Source of the DNA: a bacterium
Lineage (GTDB): Bacteria; Patescibacteriota; Doudnabacteria; UBA920; VMFF01
DNA: 54,137 nt
Direction: 5' to 3'
Assembly (NCBI GenBank): GCA_021811585.1
Contig: JAJZOG010000011.1
Location: forward strand, 1-54,137
Shown: in pieces, positions 1-10,042 of the stretch
How the letters are laid out: every line of letters begins with the position of its first letter
How positions within the stretch are numbered: position 1 is the first letter of the stretch
The notes under the pieces: model-generated
What the model was told of the DNA's origin: nothing
The model's input: the letters and a program-made list of their open reading frames with translations, nothing else
Database searches by the model: none
Translations under genes and position numbers: made by a program

Positions 1-33
1 ATTCTAATAGGTTTATAAACTTTTACTGCCATA

Positions 34-408
34 TTACCTTTCCAGTCCTTGTATTATTTCGCCTTTTCTCAGAGTGACGACCGCCTTTTTCCACGGAGAA
101 GTTCTACTGGTAATTCTCCCGAAATTCTTTGGCTTGCCTTTTACGGAAATCATATTAACCCTCGCGACTTTGACGCCGAAAACTTTTTCCACGGCATTGC
201 GCACTGAAATCTTATTTGCCTTCCGGCTCACTTTAAAAGCATACTTGCCGCTTTCGCCAAGTTTGTAGGATTTTTCCGTGACAAGCGGCTTAATCAAAAC
301 CTTGTAAGCGTCGCCGGTATTCTGCAACGGCTTTAATCCGCCGTTGCGCTCAATTGCCGCCGGCACCTGATCTTCTTCTTTATTCTTTTTTCTGGACAAT
401 AATGCCAT
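34..408 (-). CDS. rplW: 50S ribosomal protein L23, with N-terminal extension
   Basis: PLVTEKS...YAFKV...ANK..V..AVEKVFGVKV...WKKAVVTL; follows rplD. Confidence 0.96.
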   Translation of the reverse strand: MALLSRKKNKEEDQVPAAIERNGGLKPLQNTGDAYKVLIKPLVTEKSYKLGESGKYAFKVSRKANKISVRNAVEKVFGVKVARVNMISVKGKPKNFGRITSRTSPWKKAVVTLRKGEIIQGLER

Positions 409-411
409 AAA

Positions 412-1053
412 CTATTTTAAATACGTCTTTTCAATAATTTCAATCGAGGTCTTCGGCAAGATGACGCTGTCGTAATTTATCAAATCAACGACATTCAAGC
501 TGTTTGCCTTAATAACCTTTGCATAGCGCAGATTCCTCGCGGATTTTTCTATGGTTTCGTCCTTTTTCGGGATGACAAAAAGAAATTTCTTGGAAGAGCC
601 CGCCAATTTCCCCTTTACGTTTTCCAAAAAAGCGGACATTTCCCTTGTCTTGGCTTTCGGCAATTCCAACTCGGAAAAAATCAAAAAATTATTCGAGGAT
701 GCCTTGTCGCTAAGCACCATGTAAAGGGCTTTGCGCCACTGCTTCTGATTCATTTTCAAGGAATAATTGCGATTGGAACGCGGCCCGAAAGTAATGCCGC
801 CGTGCCTCCAAATAGGAGACCGTATGGAGCCGGCGCGCGCATTGCCGGTACCTTTTTGTTTCCACGGCTTTTTTCCTCCGCCGCGCACTTCGCCGCGGGT
901 TTTTGTATGCGCGATCGCCTGCCTGGAATTCGCCATCTGCATCCTGACCGCCTGCTCTATCAAACCGGCATCCGGCACAATTTCAAAAATCTTCGGATTA
1001 AGATCCAGATCTCCCGCTGCCTGTAAATTTTTATCGTATACTTTCACTTTCAT
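412..1053 (-). CDS. rplD: 50S ribosomal protein L4
   Basis: HTKTRGEVRGGGKKPWKQKGTGNARAGSIRSPIWRHGG signature. Confidence 0.98.
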   Translation of the reverse strand: MKVKVYDKNLQAAGDLDLNPKIFEIVPDAGLIEQAVRMQMANSRQAIAHTKTRGEVRGGGKKPWKQKGTGNARAGSIRSPIWRHGGITFGPRSNRNYSLKMNQKQWRKALYMVLSDKASSNNFLIFSELELPKAKTREMSAFLENVKGKLAGSSKKFLFVIPKKDETIEKSARNLRYAKVIKANSLNVVDLINYDSVILPKTSIEIIEKTYLK

Positions 1054-1062
1054 GGCTGTTTA

Positions 1063-1719
1063 TTATTTCTTGCTTTTCTTTTCCACAACCTGTTTGGCTT
1101 CCAAATCCTTGATTTTCCCGGTGGAAATGATTTGAACCAGGCCTGACCTTGCACCCGGAATCGCGCCTTTTAAAGCAATGAGGTTTTTTTTGGGATCAAT
1201 ATCAATTACCTGCAAATTTTTTACAGTAACAGAAACGCCGCCCATTCTTCCTGCCATGCGCAATCCTTTTCTGGTATGCTGGGGAAATCTTTGGCCAATG
1301 GAGCCGACTGCGCGCGGCTTATCATGGCCGTGAGACGCAGGCATGCCGCTGAAGCCATGCCGCTTAACAGGCCCGGCATAGCCGCGGCCCTTCATCACGC
1401 CGACAACATTTACCATTTCTCCTATTTGAAAATCGGAAATATCTATTTTTTTGCCGACTTCGTATCCGGCAATATCATCCACGCGGAATTCCCTCAAAGC
1501 AGCAAATTTGCCGGCGCCTTTTAAATGTCCGGCAGACGGCTTATTAACGTTCTTTTTCTTTCCAAAACCCACTTGAACCGCCTGATATTTGTCTTTATCC
1601 GCTGTTTTAAGCTGCGTGATAACAACAGGGCCTGCCTGTAAAACAGTAACAGGAACTATTGTTCCTGATTGCAGGAAATGGGAGGTCATATTAAGTTTTC
1701 TTGCTAGGGTAAATTTCAT
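1063..1719 (-). CDS. rplC: 50S ribosomal protein L3
   Basis: VPVTVLQAGP, KGRGYAGPVKRHGF, KGAIPG motifs. Start moved to ATG 1719 (MKFTLARK) because the upstream extension lies in a hairpin. Confidence 0.97.
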   Translation of the reverse strand: MKFTLARKLNMTSHFLQSGTIVPVTVLQAGPVVITQLKTADKDKYQAVQVGFGKKKNVNKPSAGHLKGAGKFAALREFRVDDIAGYEVGKKIDISDFQIGEMVNVVGVMKGRGYAGPVKRHGFSGMPASHGHDKPRAVGSIGQRFPQHTRKGLRMAGRMGGVSVTVKNLQVIDIDPKKNLIALKGAIPGARSGLVQIISTGKIKDLEAKQVVEKKSKK

Positions 1720-1723
1720 ACAA

Positions 1724-1978
1724 AACCGAGATGACCCATCAGGCGCATCCGCCATGGGCGGAGGCCTGGTAAACCATCTCGGTTCAATAAGGGTTCGTAT
1801 TTTTTATCAGCTTTTCGGGCTGAAATTTGAAAATTATATGTACTTTGTCGGTTTGCTTCGTTCAGAGGTTATCTTTTCCGCAAAAATATATTTCGAAAAT
1901 TAGAGGGCAGCCCGCCCGGAAGCAATAATTTTCCCAATATATTTTTACGGAAAAGAACCAATCTGTATGAAGGAAACC
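1724..1978 (-). other. Two long intergenic stem-loops between rpsJ and rplC (candidate structured RNA)
   Basis: Inverted repeats 1724-1733/1775-1784 (inner 1748-1753/1757-1762) and a rod 1850-1902/1926-1978. Confidence 0.6.
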
Positions 1979-1985
1979 AACCCGA

Positions 1986-2306
1986 CTAACTCATTTTAAT
2001 TTCTACATCAACGCCGGCGGGAAGGTTCAGGTTTGTTAGGGCATCAATTGTTTTTGGGGTGGCGTTGTTGATATCGATTAAGCGCTTATGCACGCGCATT
2101 TCGAATTGTTCTCTGCTATCCTTGTGCACAAAAGTGGAACGAAGCACAGTGTACTTTGTCTTGTCTGTCGGCAAGGGTATTGGCCCTGTAATTTCCGCGC
2201 CATTTCTCTTTGCGGTATCAACAATCTGCTTCGCGGACTGGTCTATGAGCTTGTGATCGTACGCCTTTATCTTTATTCTGATCTTGCTTTTAACTGCCTG
2301 TTCCAT
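1986..2306 (-). CDS. rpsJ: 30S ribosomal protein S10
   Basis: [37 protein letters not shown]. Confidence 0.98.
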   Translation of the reverse strand: MEQAVKSKIRIKIKAYDHKLIDQSAKQIVDTAKRNGAEITGPIPLPTDKTKYTVLRSTFVHKDSREQFEMRVHKRLIDINNATPKTIDALTNLNLPAGVDVEIKMS

Positions 2307-2352
2307 TGTGGGGACGCTTTTTTAAGTTGCGATTAATTGATAATGCTTGATA

Positions 2353-2381
2353 ATTTTAAATGATTTGCGCCGATTTGTCAA
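2353..2381 (-). promoter_or_regulatory. Sigma70-type promoter for rpsJ
   Basis: Minus strand TTGACA (2381-2376), 17 nt, TAAAAT (2358-2353). Confidence 0.7.
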
Positions 2382-2403
2382 AACATTTCGTTGCTTTTAG
2401 CGC

Positions 2404-2441
2404 AATAAAGGTCTGGCTCATTTTAGAGCCAGACCTTTATT
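2404..2441 (-). terminator. Hairpin/terminator after tuf
   Basis: Perfect 16-bp stem AATAAAGGTCTGGCTC/GAGCCAGACCTTTATT just after the tuf stop. Confidence 0.75.
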
Positions 2442-2446
2442 AAAAT

Positions 2447-3634
2447 TTATTTGAGGATCTTGGTAACAACACCCGCGCCCACGGTGTGGCCGCCTTCGCG
2501 AATAGCAAAGCGCAGCTTTTCTTCCATGGCAACGGCTGTAATAAGCTTAACCGTAATTTTTACGGTATCGCCCGGCATAACCATTTCTTGGCCTTCCGGC
2601 AAAATAACTTCTCCGGTAACATCAGTGGTCCTAATGTAGAACTGCGGTTTATATCCTTTAAAGAACGGGGTATGCCTGCCGCCTTCTTCTTTTGTTAAAA
2701 TATAAACTTCGCCTTCAAATTCAGAGTGAGGCGTAACTGTTCCTGTTTTCGCCAAAACCTGGCCGCGTTCGACTTCATCTTTTTTGGTGCCGCGAAGCAA
2801 AATGCCTGCGTTATCCCCTGCCTGGCCTTCATCCAATGATTTATTGAACATTTCAATGCCCGTTACAACTGTCTTTGTGGTTGGGCGCAAGCCGACAATT
2901 TCAACTTCATCATTTACTTTGATTATGCCTCTTTCAATTCTGCCGGTCACAACAGTGCCGCGGCCTTCAATTGAAAAGATATCTTCAATAGGCATTAAGA
3001 ACGGCTTATCGGTTTCGCGGACAGGATCAGGAATATAGGTATCCAATGCCTCAACCAGCTTTAGAATGGAAGGTTCGCCGATTTCGGATTGGTCGCCTTC
3101 CAAGGCCTTTAGCGCTGAACCGCGGATAATTGGAGTGTCTTTGCCCGGATATTCATATTTGGTCAGTAAATCGCGGATTTCTTCTTCAACAAGATCCAAA
3201 AGTTCCTTATCCTGAACCATATCAACTTTGTTCATGTATACGACAATGTAAGGAACGCCCACCTGACGTGCGAGCAAAATATGTTCGCGGGTTTGCGGCA
3301 TTGGGCCGTCGGTTGCCGAAACGACAAGAATCGCGCCGTCCATCTGAGCAGCGCCTGTGATCATGTTTTTAATATAATCGGCGTGTCCCGGGCAATCTAC
3401 GTGAGCATAGTGCCTCTTTTCCGATTCATATTCGGCGTGAGAGGTATTAATCGTAATGCCGCGTGCCTTTTCTTCCGGAGCATTATCAATGGTGTCGTAT
3501 GCGCGCGCTTTTGCAAGCCCTTTTTTCGCAAGGACAGTTGTAATCGCCGCGGTCAAGGTGGTTTTGCCGTGGTCAACGTGGCCCAATGTGCCAACGTTCA
3601 CGTGCACCTTTTTTCTTTCGAATTTCTCTGCCAT
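2447..3634 (-). CDS. tuf: Elongation factor Tu
   Basis: [33 protein letters not shown]. Confidence 0.99.
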   Translation of the reverse strand: MAEKFERKKVHVNVGTLGHVDHGKTTLTAAITTVLAKKGLAKARAYDTIDNAPEEKARGITINTSHAEYESEKRHYAHVDCPGHADYIKNMITGAAQMDGAILVVSATDGPMPQTREHILLARQVGVPYIVVYMNKVDMVQDKELLDLVEEEIRDLLTKYEYPGKDTPIIRGSALKALEGDQSEIGEPSILKLVEALDTYIPDPVRETDKPFLMPIEDIFSIEGRGTVVTGRIERGIIKVNDEVEIVGLRPTTKTVVTGIEMFNKSLDEGQAGDNAGILLRGTKKDEVERGQVLAKTGTVTPHSEFEGEVYILTKEEGGRHTPFFKGYKPQFYIRTTDVTGEVILPEGQEMVMPGDTVKITVKLITAVAMEEKLRFAIREGGHTVGAGVVTKILK

Positions 3635-3813
3635 TTTGTGCTTTTCCCTTTAGGATTGCCGCATTCCGAGCCTGCCGCACAGGCGCGCTTGCCGAAAATG
3701 AGCAATTCCTTATGCCCGAGTATTACTCTTTTTTCCCATTCGGGAGCCAGGGCGAATTAATTAATAATTGTTTTAATTAAATAAACGTTTTTCGACGCTT
3801 ATAATGCCTGAAA

Positions 3814-3842
3814 ATATTAACAAAATTACCATGCGCTGTCAA
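3814..3842 (-). promoter_or_regulatory. Sigma70-type promoter for tuf
   Basis: Minus strand TTGACA (3842-3837), 17 nt, TAATAT (3819-3814) with extended TG. Confidence 0.7.
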
Positions 3843-3936
3843 ATTTTACAGAAAAAATTTATGAAGCCGCGATTTTGTAGGCGAATTCGTGAAAAATGTA
3901 AGATTTAGAGGGTTTTTAAGTGATTTGGAAAAATGG

Positions 3937-3964
3937 TTGACAAAATGCAACTTTATGATATATT
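3937..3964 (+). promoter_or_regulatory. Sigma70-type promoter for the ORFan at 3993
   Basis: TTGACA 3937-3942, TGnTATATT 3956-3964, then AGGAGG at 3983-3988. Confidence 0.6.
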
Positions 3965-3992
3965 GAAGTTTGTCAAATTCCCAGGAGGAAAT

Positions 3993-4592
3993 ATGAGAAC
4001 CCTTTTATCTGTTGGTGTTTTGGTTGTCGTCGGAATTTTTGTGATTGGTTTAATCCTGGCGCTTGGGATTGGTTCATTACATTTAAGATATGGATTAAAC
4101 CAACAACATTCCAAAATTGGCGATATTTATGTGGTTACCCATACTGTCGCGGGATTTACGTGCACCAATTGCGACCCAAATAAAGTCGCGCGAGGCAAGG
4201 AGCCATTAATGGCGCCGACCACAAAGGTGCTGTTACCCGCAAACACTCACATAAGGGCGGCTCAAGCCCTAATGAATATAGATGGGACGACTTTCCTGCC
4301 CGCGTATGCGGCAGGACCGAATGGCATATACAACACAACCAAATTAATTTTGGTTCCAGTATCCGCCTTAGAACGAAACACGGAACCTTCACCAAGCGGA
4401 GCCGTGACTCTAGACCAAGTGCTTAAGCTTTCCCCAATACCTGCACATCCGCCGACCCATAAAATAAAAAAGCACCGCGCAGCGCCTACGGTACACCCTG
4501 TACCGTTTAATCAAGATTTGCCACAATTACAATATTGGTCCTGTATAAATTCAAACACCGTTCCTATTGAACATCATAGGAACGGTGTTTAA
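3993..4592 (+). CDS. Hypothetical N-terminally membrane-anchored protein (CxxC, Pro/Lys-rich tail, FNQDL motif)
   Basis: AGGAGG before ATG 3993; hydrophobic N-terminal helix; own promoter. Confidence 0.75.
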   Translation: MRTLLSVGVLVVVGIFVIGLILALGIGSLHLRYGLNQQHSKIGDIYVVTHTVAGFTCTNCDPNKVARGKEPLMAPTTKVLLPANTHIRAAQALMNIDGTTFLPAYAAGPNGIYNTTKLILVPVSALERNTEPSPSGAVTLDQVLKLSPIPAHPPTHKIKKHRAAPTVHPVPFNQDLPQLQYWSCINSNTVPIEHHRNGV

Positions 4593-4608
4593 CTTTTGCG
4601 TTTTAATT

Positions 4609-7600
4609 TTATTTCTTTTCTGCCCGAATTTTCTCAAGGATTTTTTGGAAGATGAGGAGCTTTATAACCTTAATCTCATCATACTTTTCTTTATTCGTTT
4701 TTGCGTCTTGCAGCAAAGATTCAATGCGTCTTTGCAATGATGCCGCGGTTTTATCAAAGTTTCTAAAGCTTGTCATCTTAAAAGGCAAAAATCCGTGGTT
4801 TTTCAGAGCCATACTGAAAATATTAATATCCTTTTCGGGGGTTCCGGTTAATTGAATGTCCATTCTCGCAATCTCTACGAACTTGTGGTAAGGAGCAAGC
4901 TCCCTTTCAGCATGCATTTTGCCTAGTTGCTTGCTGACACGGTCAAATTTTCCTAGCACTCTTTCGCTTGTAATCATTTCCGCCAAATCCTTTAAATTAT
5001 TATCAACCGCTTTTGCATCCTTTCTATCTTTTATCTCAGCATATGGCCAATAGTTCTTTAAAGCTTCAATATCACTCTCTAACTTTCCAATTTCCACATT
5101 TGACACTGATTTAATTTTGACGTCAACAGATTTCTTACTTTCAGATCCGGTTTTTAAAACGGAATCTATTTTCTTCTCTAATTGCTTTTTTACATCTTGT
5201 TCAAAAGCTTTAATTGCCGCTTCTTGTTTGCGCTTCCTTACATTTTCTTTTGTTTCGTTTATTTGCCTGCTAATTCTATCCAGTATTTGCGAATAAACAA
5301 AAATCTTAGCAACATCTGAGACCTTTGCCCCTATCGCATAAGCATGCTCTATCCAAGAATCTATATCAGATTTAAGCATACGTGCTGCAATGCCTGGGTT
5401 TTTACGAACATAGTTAGCAAAGGAGATGTAGTTCCTTACAAACCCTTTCTGTTTATTCAAAATTTTATCCAACTCCAACAAATCCTCAGAAATGTTTCCC
5501 CGGAATGGGAAATCCATATTTGCAACTGATTCCATATCCTTGCCTGTTAACTTCCAATCCTGTTCAGCGTACGTATGCAAAACTTGTTTAATCGCATCAT
5601 TCTTTTGTTCTTCGGGACTCCTGGCTTTCTTTGCGCTATTTACCATAAATTTCTCGGCAATTGCCAAATTCGCAACTTTCTTCGCAGCTGATTTCAAATA
5701 TTCAATCGATTTACGGCTCGTGGAATACCCCGCCTCAGTTAAATATTTGTATAAAGCCCTCGAAAGTGGATCAAGTCCCGCCATAACTTCTTGCGTCTTC
5801 TTTTTTACGCCTTCTTGGGCGGCTTGCAGCTTATCCGACGTTTGTTGGACGGCTTTTGATTTTGCTTCCCGCACCTGCTGAAGAATGCTTTCCTTTTTCG
5901 AAGATTTTTCAACAGGATGAACCTGGGATGCCTGCGGCTCTTGTAATTGCGCTGAAGTTTCCAAAATCTGCGCTTTTTTTCCGGTTCGCCGCTCAAAATC
6001 TTCTTTCCACTTCTGTTGATATTTTTTCAGCCATTTCGCAAATGCCTCCCGATTTGTAATCTTTACACCGTTCGGAGTCGGTTCAAACTCCACGCCCATG
6101 CTTTCCAAGGCCTGACGTTTTGCAGGAGTATCAACAGGGCTTTTAGAAATTGTTTCTTCAAGATGGTCAATAATTTTCCGTACTTCTTTTTCATCATCAA
6201 GATTCGGCAGCGGCGTTTTTGCAAATTCCTTTGTACGCAATTCGTCGAAAGCTCCCCACTCGATTTCGGGACTCCATTGATCGAGTACATTAATTCCCTT
6301 CTCTTTAGCAGCGTTCATTCTTCGCGTTGACGTATAAATTATGGATTCTGTTCCGGTGCCGCGGATTGGCTGTGAATGTTTTTTTGTTCCCGCCCTGGCC
6401 ACGACAATTCTAAGTCCTAAATTTACATCTTCACCTTTGCCTAAGCTCGGATCGAATCCGCCCACCGCAGAAAGGATACTTGCCCTTAAGGCAGTATTGG
6501 CCCCAGAGGTTGGGATTGGCTTTTTTGCTATGCGCTCATACACAAGCGAGTTCTGTTCAAAACGCTTGTCCAAAAAGGAAGCAGGGTCTCTGGCAAAAAA
6601 CTCCGGATCCCAATCAATATGCCCCACAAAACTGTCAGCTTCCGGGTTTTTATCAAATTTATCCAAAAAATTAGAAACATACCGTGGGGAAATTCCAAGC
6701 GTATCGGCATCATTGGTTACCACTATCAACTCCGGCGCTTTTCTACCTCTGGCCATTTGCCGCATCAAAACAGCATCAGCAAGTATTCGCCTGACCTTGC
6801 CTATTACATTTTTGCCATTTTCTATTTCATCGTTCGGCAACTTTCTATGAAATACCCTGATATTAAGTTTGGGGTTATCCTTCTTAAACCTTTGTATTTC
6901 TGCCAATGTTTCTTCCGAATCCAATAATGCTCCTGTTTTTGCATGGGTTTCCGGGTTATTCACAAATAAAACTATCTCAAACAGCGAAGGGTCCAATGGT
7001 TGGCCTTTCATATCTGTTTGTGAAGTATAAGTTTCCAGTGTCCTATAAATATTTTTACTTTCCTGATGGCCGGCAACAGGTATCATTATGGACATGCGGC
7101 AACCATATTTCATTGGCGGCAGTTCCGCGGAAATTTCGCGAATCATTTTTTTATGCTCAGGCGACAATCTGTCCAAATATTGCTTTATTTCAGAATATTG
7201 GTCCAAATCAGCGTCAGGATTTTCTCGCAAAGTCCTCGATAAAACTGCCCTGAATTTTTCAAAATTCTTTTCGGTAAAAAATTGCCCATATCCTTCATAA
7301 CCATAACCGCCATAACCGTATGCGTAGGGATTTATATATGGCTCCGGTTTCGACAGAACCGGTTCCGGCGGAGTTGGCGTTGGAGACGGTGTTATGTTGG
7401 GTGTGGAATCAGGAGTGTAAGTTGGTTCAAGCGGCGTTCGGCCCATAATTGGCAGCCAAAGCGGCGGATCAATACGATAATCCGCATTATGCCCAATAAT
7501 GGTTGTGGAAAACTGTTTAATAGCCAGGCCCGGATTTTTTATTGAATTGGCGCCAACGTCTGTGGCTAAGGTTCTTATATGCTCAACGCCAGCTTTATCA

Positions 7601-10032
7601 ACTCCGGTTGTTTGCACAACTTCCGCATAAGCGCCTTTAAAAACGCTATCATTAGCTTTGAAATGATAACCGTGGGTTATGTGTTCCAGATGCACGCGCG
7701 CATCAGGGCTCAAATTTTTAAATTTTCCAAATAACAGATGCGCCAGCGGGCTGTCGTGCTTAAAAACGATTTGCCCATCATGCTGAATAGGAATTTTAAA
7801 CACATAATTCTGGGAATTGCGCGAGACGGAAACAGCCAAAGAGAGCTTGCCTTGATGCATTAATTCCTGGGCGTCCACGCTTAGCCCTGCGTGGTACGAA
7901 CCATCCGGGGTCATATGGCTGATATCGTAAACATAATCGCCGTGCGCATTAACTGCAGGCCCGCCATGGCCAGTACCCCAGAGCCGCAATTCATTTTTAT
8001 CAAAAGCTTTAGTGTCATTATCAAACCACATATCGTGCTTGATATGTTCCATATGCTGGTATGGCGCGCCGCCATGTTCTGTGCCAGCCCCAACAAGAGA
8101 CGCGTGGGTGGTATTTGTTGCTGTCATGCCGTGTTCAGCTAAAAGTCGCCGCGCGTTTTCGGCTAAATCTCCGTGTGCGTTCGCTATATGCGCAGCGACA
8201 ATCTCATTTCCACGCATTAAATTAAAATAACTGGCATGATCTTTTGTAAGAGAATAGCCAAGGGGAATTTTAAAATCATGCCCAGCGAAATTAACCTCAT
8301 GCATGGCTGGGCTCACTTTTCCCGCTTCACCGTGCAGCCATCTTACAAAGCCCCCAAGAGGAGTGTAGTGCTGGCCCACCCTTTGCGGCTTGCCGCGAAT
8401 CCAATCCAAAGCGGCGCCAATGACGCCTTCCTGATGCCCGTGGCTCAATGGCACTGTTAATAATTCCTGCGCTGCAGCTCCAATGCCAAGGCCAATCCAA
8501 AACGCTCTCGCTGCGGCTTTGCCAACCTGCTTTTGCTTCATTTTTTTGAATTCCAGGTTTTTCTTTTCCAAACCCTCTTCGCCTTCTCGCCCGTTCACAA
8601 TTATATCCCGCATCAAGTCCGCCTGTTTTTGAATTTCAAAATCAATTGGCAAATTCGCGGCGCCCGGCATGTTCTGCACCAATTCGCGCAACCTCACTTT
8701 TGCCTGTTCAAGCGCAAGCGAAAGCCGCGTATTTTCCCGCTCGGTTTTTCGCGCATCGGAATAATGGATCAGATCAATGCCATGCTGATCGCCATAGCTT
8801 ACTCTTGCTTGCACTTCGCCGGCCTGAAGCAAGGCGGCTCTGAATTCTTCTTCGCTCAAATTTTTCTGCTCGGCTTTCTGGGAAATATCCTCAAGAGCCG
8901 AGGCAAGCTCGTTTGCGCCCTTTGTTTCCGCGCGATATTGTTCCATTTCCGCGCGCCGCGGCGATTTTGCGGCTTCAAATTTTTTGCCCTTGGCCATTTC
9001 CCTGCCGTGCAAGCGGCGCTCTTCTTCCAAACGCGCGCTTTCTTTTGCCGCGGCAACAGCCGAACCCACGCCCGCAGCCACGCCAAAAGTTGACCATCCA
9101 AAAGCGCGGCTAATGCCGCTTTGCGAACCGCGAACAGCAAGCGTATATGCGATGGCCACTCCGCCAGCCAAAGTGGTTTCATTTACCCAACATCCGGCCC
9201 AGCTGTTCTTTAATTTTTCAACTATCTTATCTACCTTGTTAAAATTCGCCTCAGTGCGCACCGCGGATTTTGCCCTGCCGATTATCAAATCAAAATCCAA
9301 ATCCAAAGCATCCAGTGCCCTGCCGTGGTCAACAGCGGCTTTTGCTTCCTTGGCCATTTCCAAAATATTTGAAGCGTAGAGTTCGCCGCGGCCGATTAAT
9401 TCCTTGTTCGCGCCTTTTATTCTGGAAAAAATTCTTACCTTTTCTTCTTCGAACGCGTCCTGGTTGTTAATTTTGCCTTCAGCATAATCGCATATCAAAG
9501 CGCGCAGTTCGGCTTTTATTACAGGGTCATTAAATTCTTCCTTTTGCTCCGATTTTTTTTCATTCCCGTTTTGGCGCAGGGCATTATCGTATTCCTGGGC
9601 AAACCTTTCTATTATCGCATTCATTTCCTGCTCATGCTCAGCGGCGGAATCTGCACCAGCTCCGCTGGCAATGTTTTCTTGGGCCGCGTTTTTGCCGGCA
9701 GCGTTTTTGCCGGCAGCATTTTTTCCTACAGCGAAAAGGTTTTGGCTTTCCTTCATTTTTTTGCGCGCAGAGGCAAGCTCTCTTTGGCGATAAAACTCTC
9801 GCCAAAGGTTGTATTTCCAAACGCGCTTCGGTAAATTTTTCCAACCCTTAATTTCCGCAACGTCCGCTGTTAACTTTGCTTCTGCCGCATCCCGCGCTTC
9901 CTGTTCCAAATGATGCGAAACATCAATAACATAAAGTTTGCGCTTGCTTTTGAAGCCAGCGCCTTTGTTTGCGTTTTCCTGTTGGGGATTTTGCCCTTCT
10001 GCCTCCGGATTGTATCCAAATCTTTCAGGCAT
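4609..10032 (-). CDS. 1807-aa multidomain protein: coiled coils with hydrophobic helices, His/Gly-rich region, Pro/Thr linker, GT-A (family 2-like) glycosyltransferase, helical C-terminus
   Basis: Long ORF; SIMIPV...FEIVLFVNN...TNDAD (DxD)...GANTALR...VGGFDP...GED in about 7100-6250. Confidence 0.85.
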   Translation of the reverse strand: MPERFGYNPEAEGQNPQQENANKGAGFKSKRKLYVIDVSHHLEQEARDAAEAKLTADVAEIKGWKNLPKRVWKYNLWREFYRQRELASARKKMKESQNLFAVGKNAAGKNAAGKNAAQENIASGAGADSAAEHEQEMNAIIERFAQEYDNALRQNGNEKKSEQKEEFNDPVIKAELRALICDYAEGKINNQDAFEEEKVRIFSRIKGANKELIGRGELYASNILEMAKEAKAAVDHGRALDALDLDFDLIIGRAKSAVRTEANFNKVDKIVEKLKNSWAGCWVNETTLAGGVAIAYTLAVRGSQSGISRAFGWSTFGVAAGVGSAVAAAKESARLEEERRLHGREMAKGKKFEAAKSPRRAEMEQYRAETKGANELASALEDISQKAEQKNLSEEEFRAALLQAGEVQARVSYGDQHGIDLIHYSDARKTERENTRLSLALEQAKVRLRELVQNMPGAANLPIDFEIQKQADLMRDIIVNGREGEEGLEKKNLEFKKMKQKQVGKAAARAFWIGLGIGAAAQELLTVPLSHGHQEGVIGAALDWIRGKPQRVGQHYTPLGGFVRWLHGEAGKVSPAMHEVNFAGHDFKIPLGYSLTKDHASYFNLMRGNEIVAAHIANAHGDLAENARRLLAEHGMTATNTTHASLVGAGTEHGGAPYQHMEHIKHDMWFDNDTKAFDKNELRLWGTGHGGPAVNAHGDYVYDISHMTPDGSYHAGLSVDAQELMHQGKLSLAVSVSRNSQNYVFKIPIQHDGQIVFKHDSPLAHLLFGKFKNLSPDARVHLEHITHGYHFKANDSVFKGAYAEVVQTTGVDKAGVEHIRTLATDVGANSIKNPGLAIKQFSTTIIGHNADYRIDPPLWLPIMGRTPLEPTYTPDSTPNITPSPTPTPPEPVLSKPEPYINPYAYGYGGYGYEGYGQFFTEKNFEKFRAVLSRTLRENPDADLDQYSEIKQYLDRLSPEHKKMIREISAELPPMKYGCRMSIMIPVAGHQESKNIYRTLETYTSQTDMKGQPLDPSLFEIVLFVNNPETHAKTGALLDSEETLAEIQRFKKDNPKLNIRVFHRKLPNDEIENGKNVIGKVRRILADAVLMRQMARGRKAPELIVVTNDADTLGISPRYVSNFLDKFDKNPEADSFVGHIDWDPEFFARDPASFLDKRFEQNSLVYERIAKKPIPTSGANTALRASILSAVGGFDPSLGKGEDVNLGLRIVVARAGTKKHSQPIRGTGTESIIYTSTRRMNAAKEKGINVLDQWSPEIEWGAFDELRTKEFAKTPLPNLDDEKEVRKIIDHLEETISKSPVDTPAKRQALESMGVEFEPTPNGVKITNREAFAKWLKKYQQKWKEDFERRTGKKAQILETSAQLQEPQASQVHPVEKSSKKESILQQVREAKSKAVQQTSDKLQAAQEGVKKKTQEVMAGLDPLSRALYKYLTEAGYSTSRKSIEYLKSAAKKVANLAIAEKFMVNSAKKARSPEEQKNDAIKQVLHTYAEQDWKLTGKDMESVANMDFPFRGNISEDLLELDKILNKQKGFVRNYISFANYVRKNPGIAARMLKSDIDSWIEHAYAIGAKVSDVAKIFVYSQILDRISRQINETKENVRKRKQEAAIKAFEQDVKKQLEKKIDSVLKTGSESKKSVDVKIKSVSNVEIGKLESDIEALKNYWPYAEIKDRKDAKAVDNNLKDLAEMITSERVLGKFDRVSKQLGKMHAERELAPYHKFVEIARMDIQLTGTPEKDINIFSMALKNHGFLPFKMTSFRNFDKTAASLQRRIESLLQDAKTNKEKYDEIKVIKLLIFQKILEKIRAEKK

Positions 10033-10042
10033 GATTTTTATT

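Noticed and set aside
1850-1978. Rod hairpin as SRP RNA or 6S RNA
   Set aside because: It lacks the SRP helix-8 motif with its GNRA loop and the large central bubble of 6S; left unassigned.
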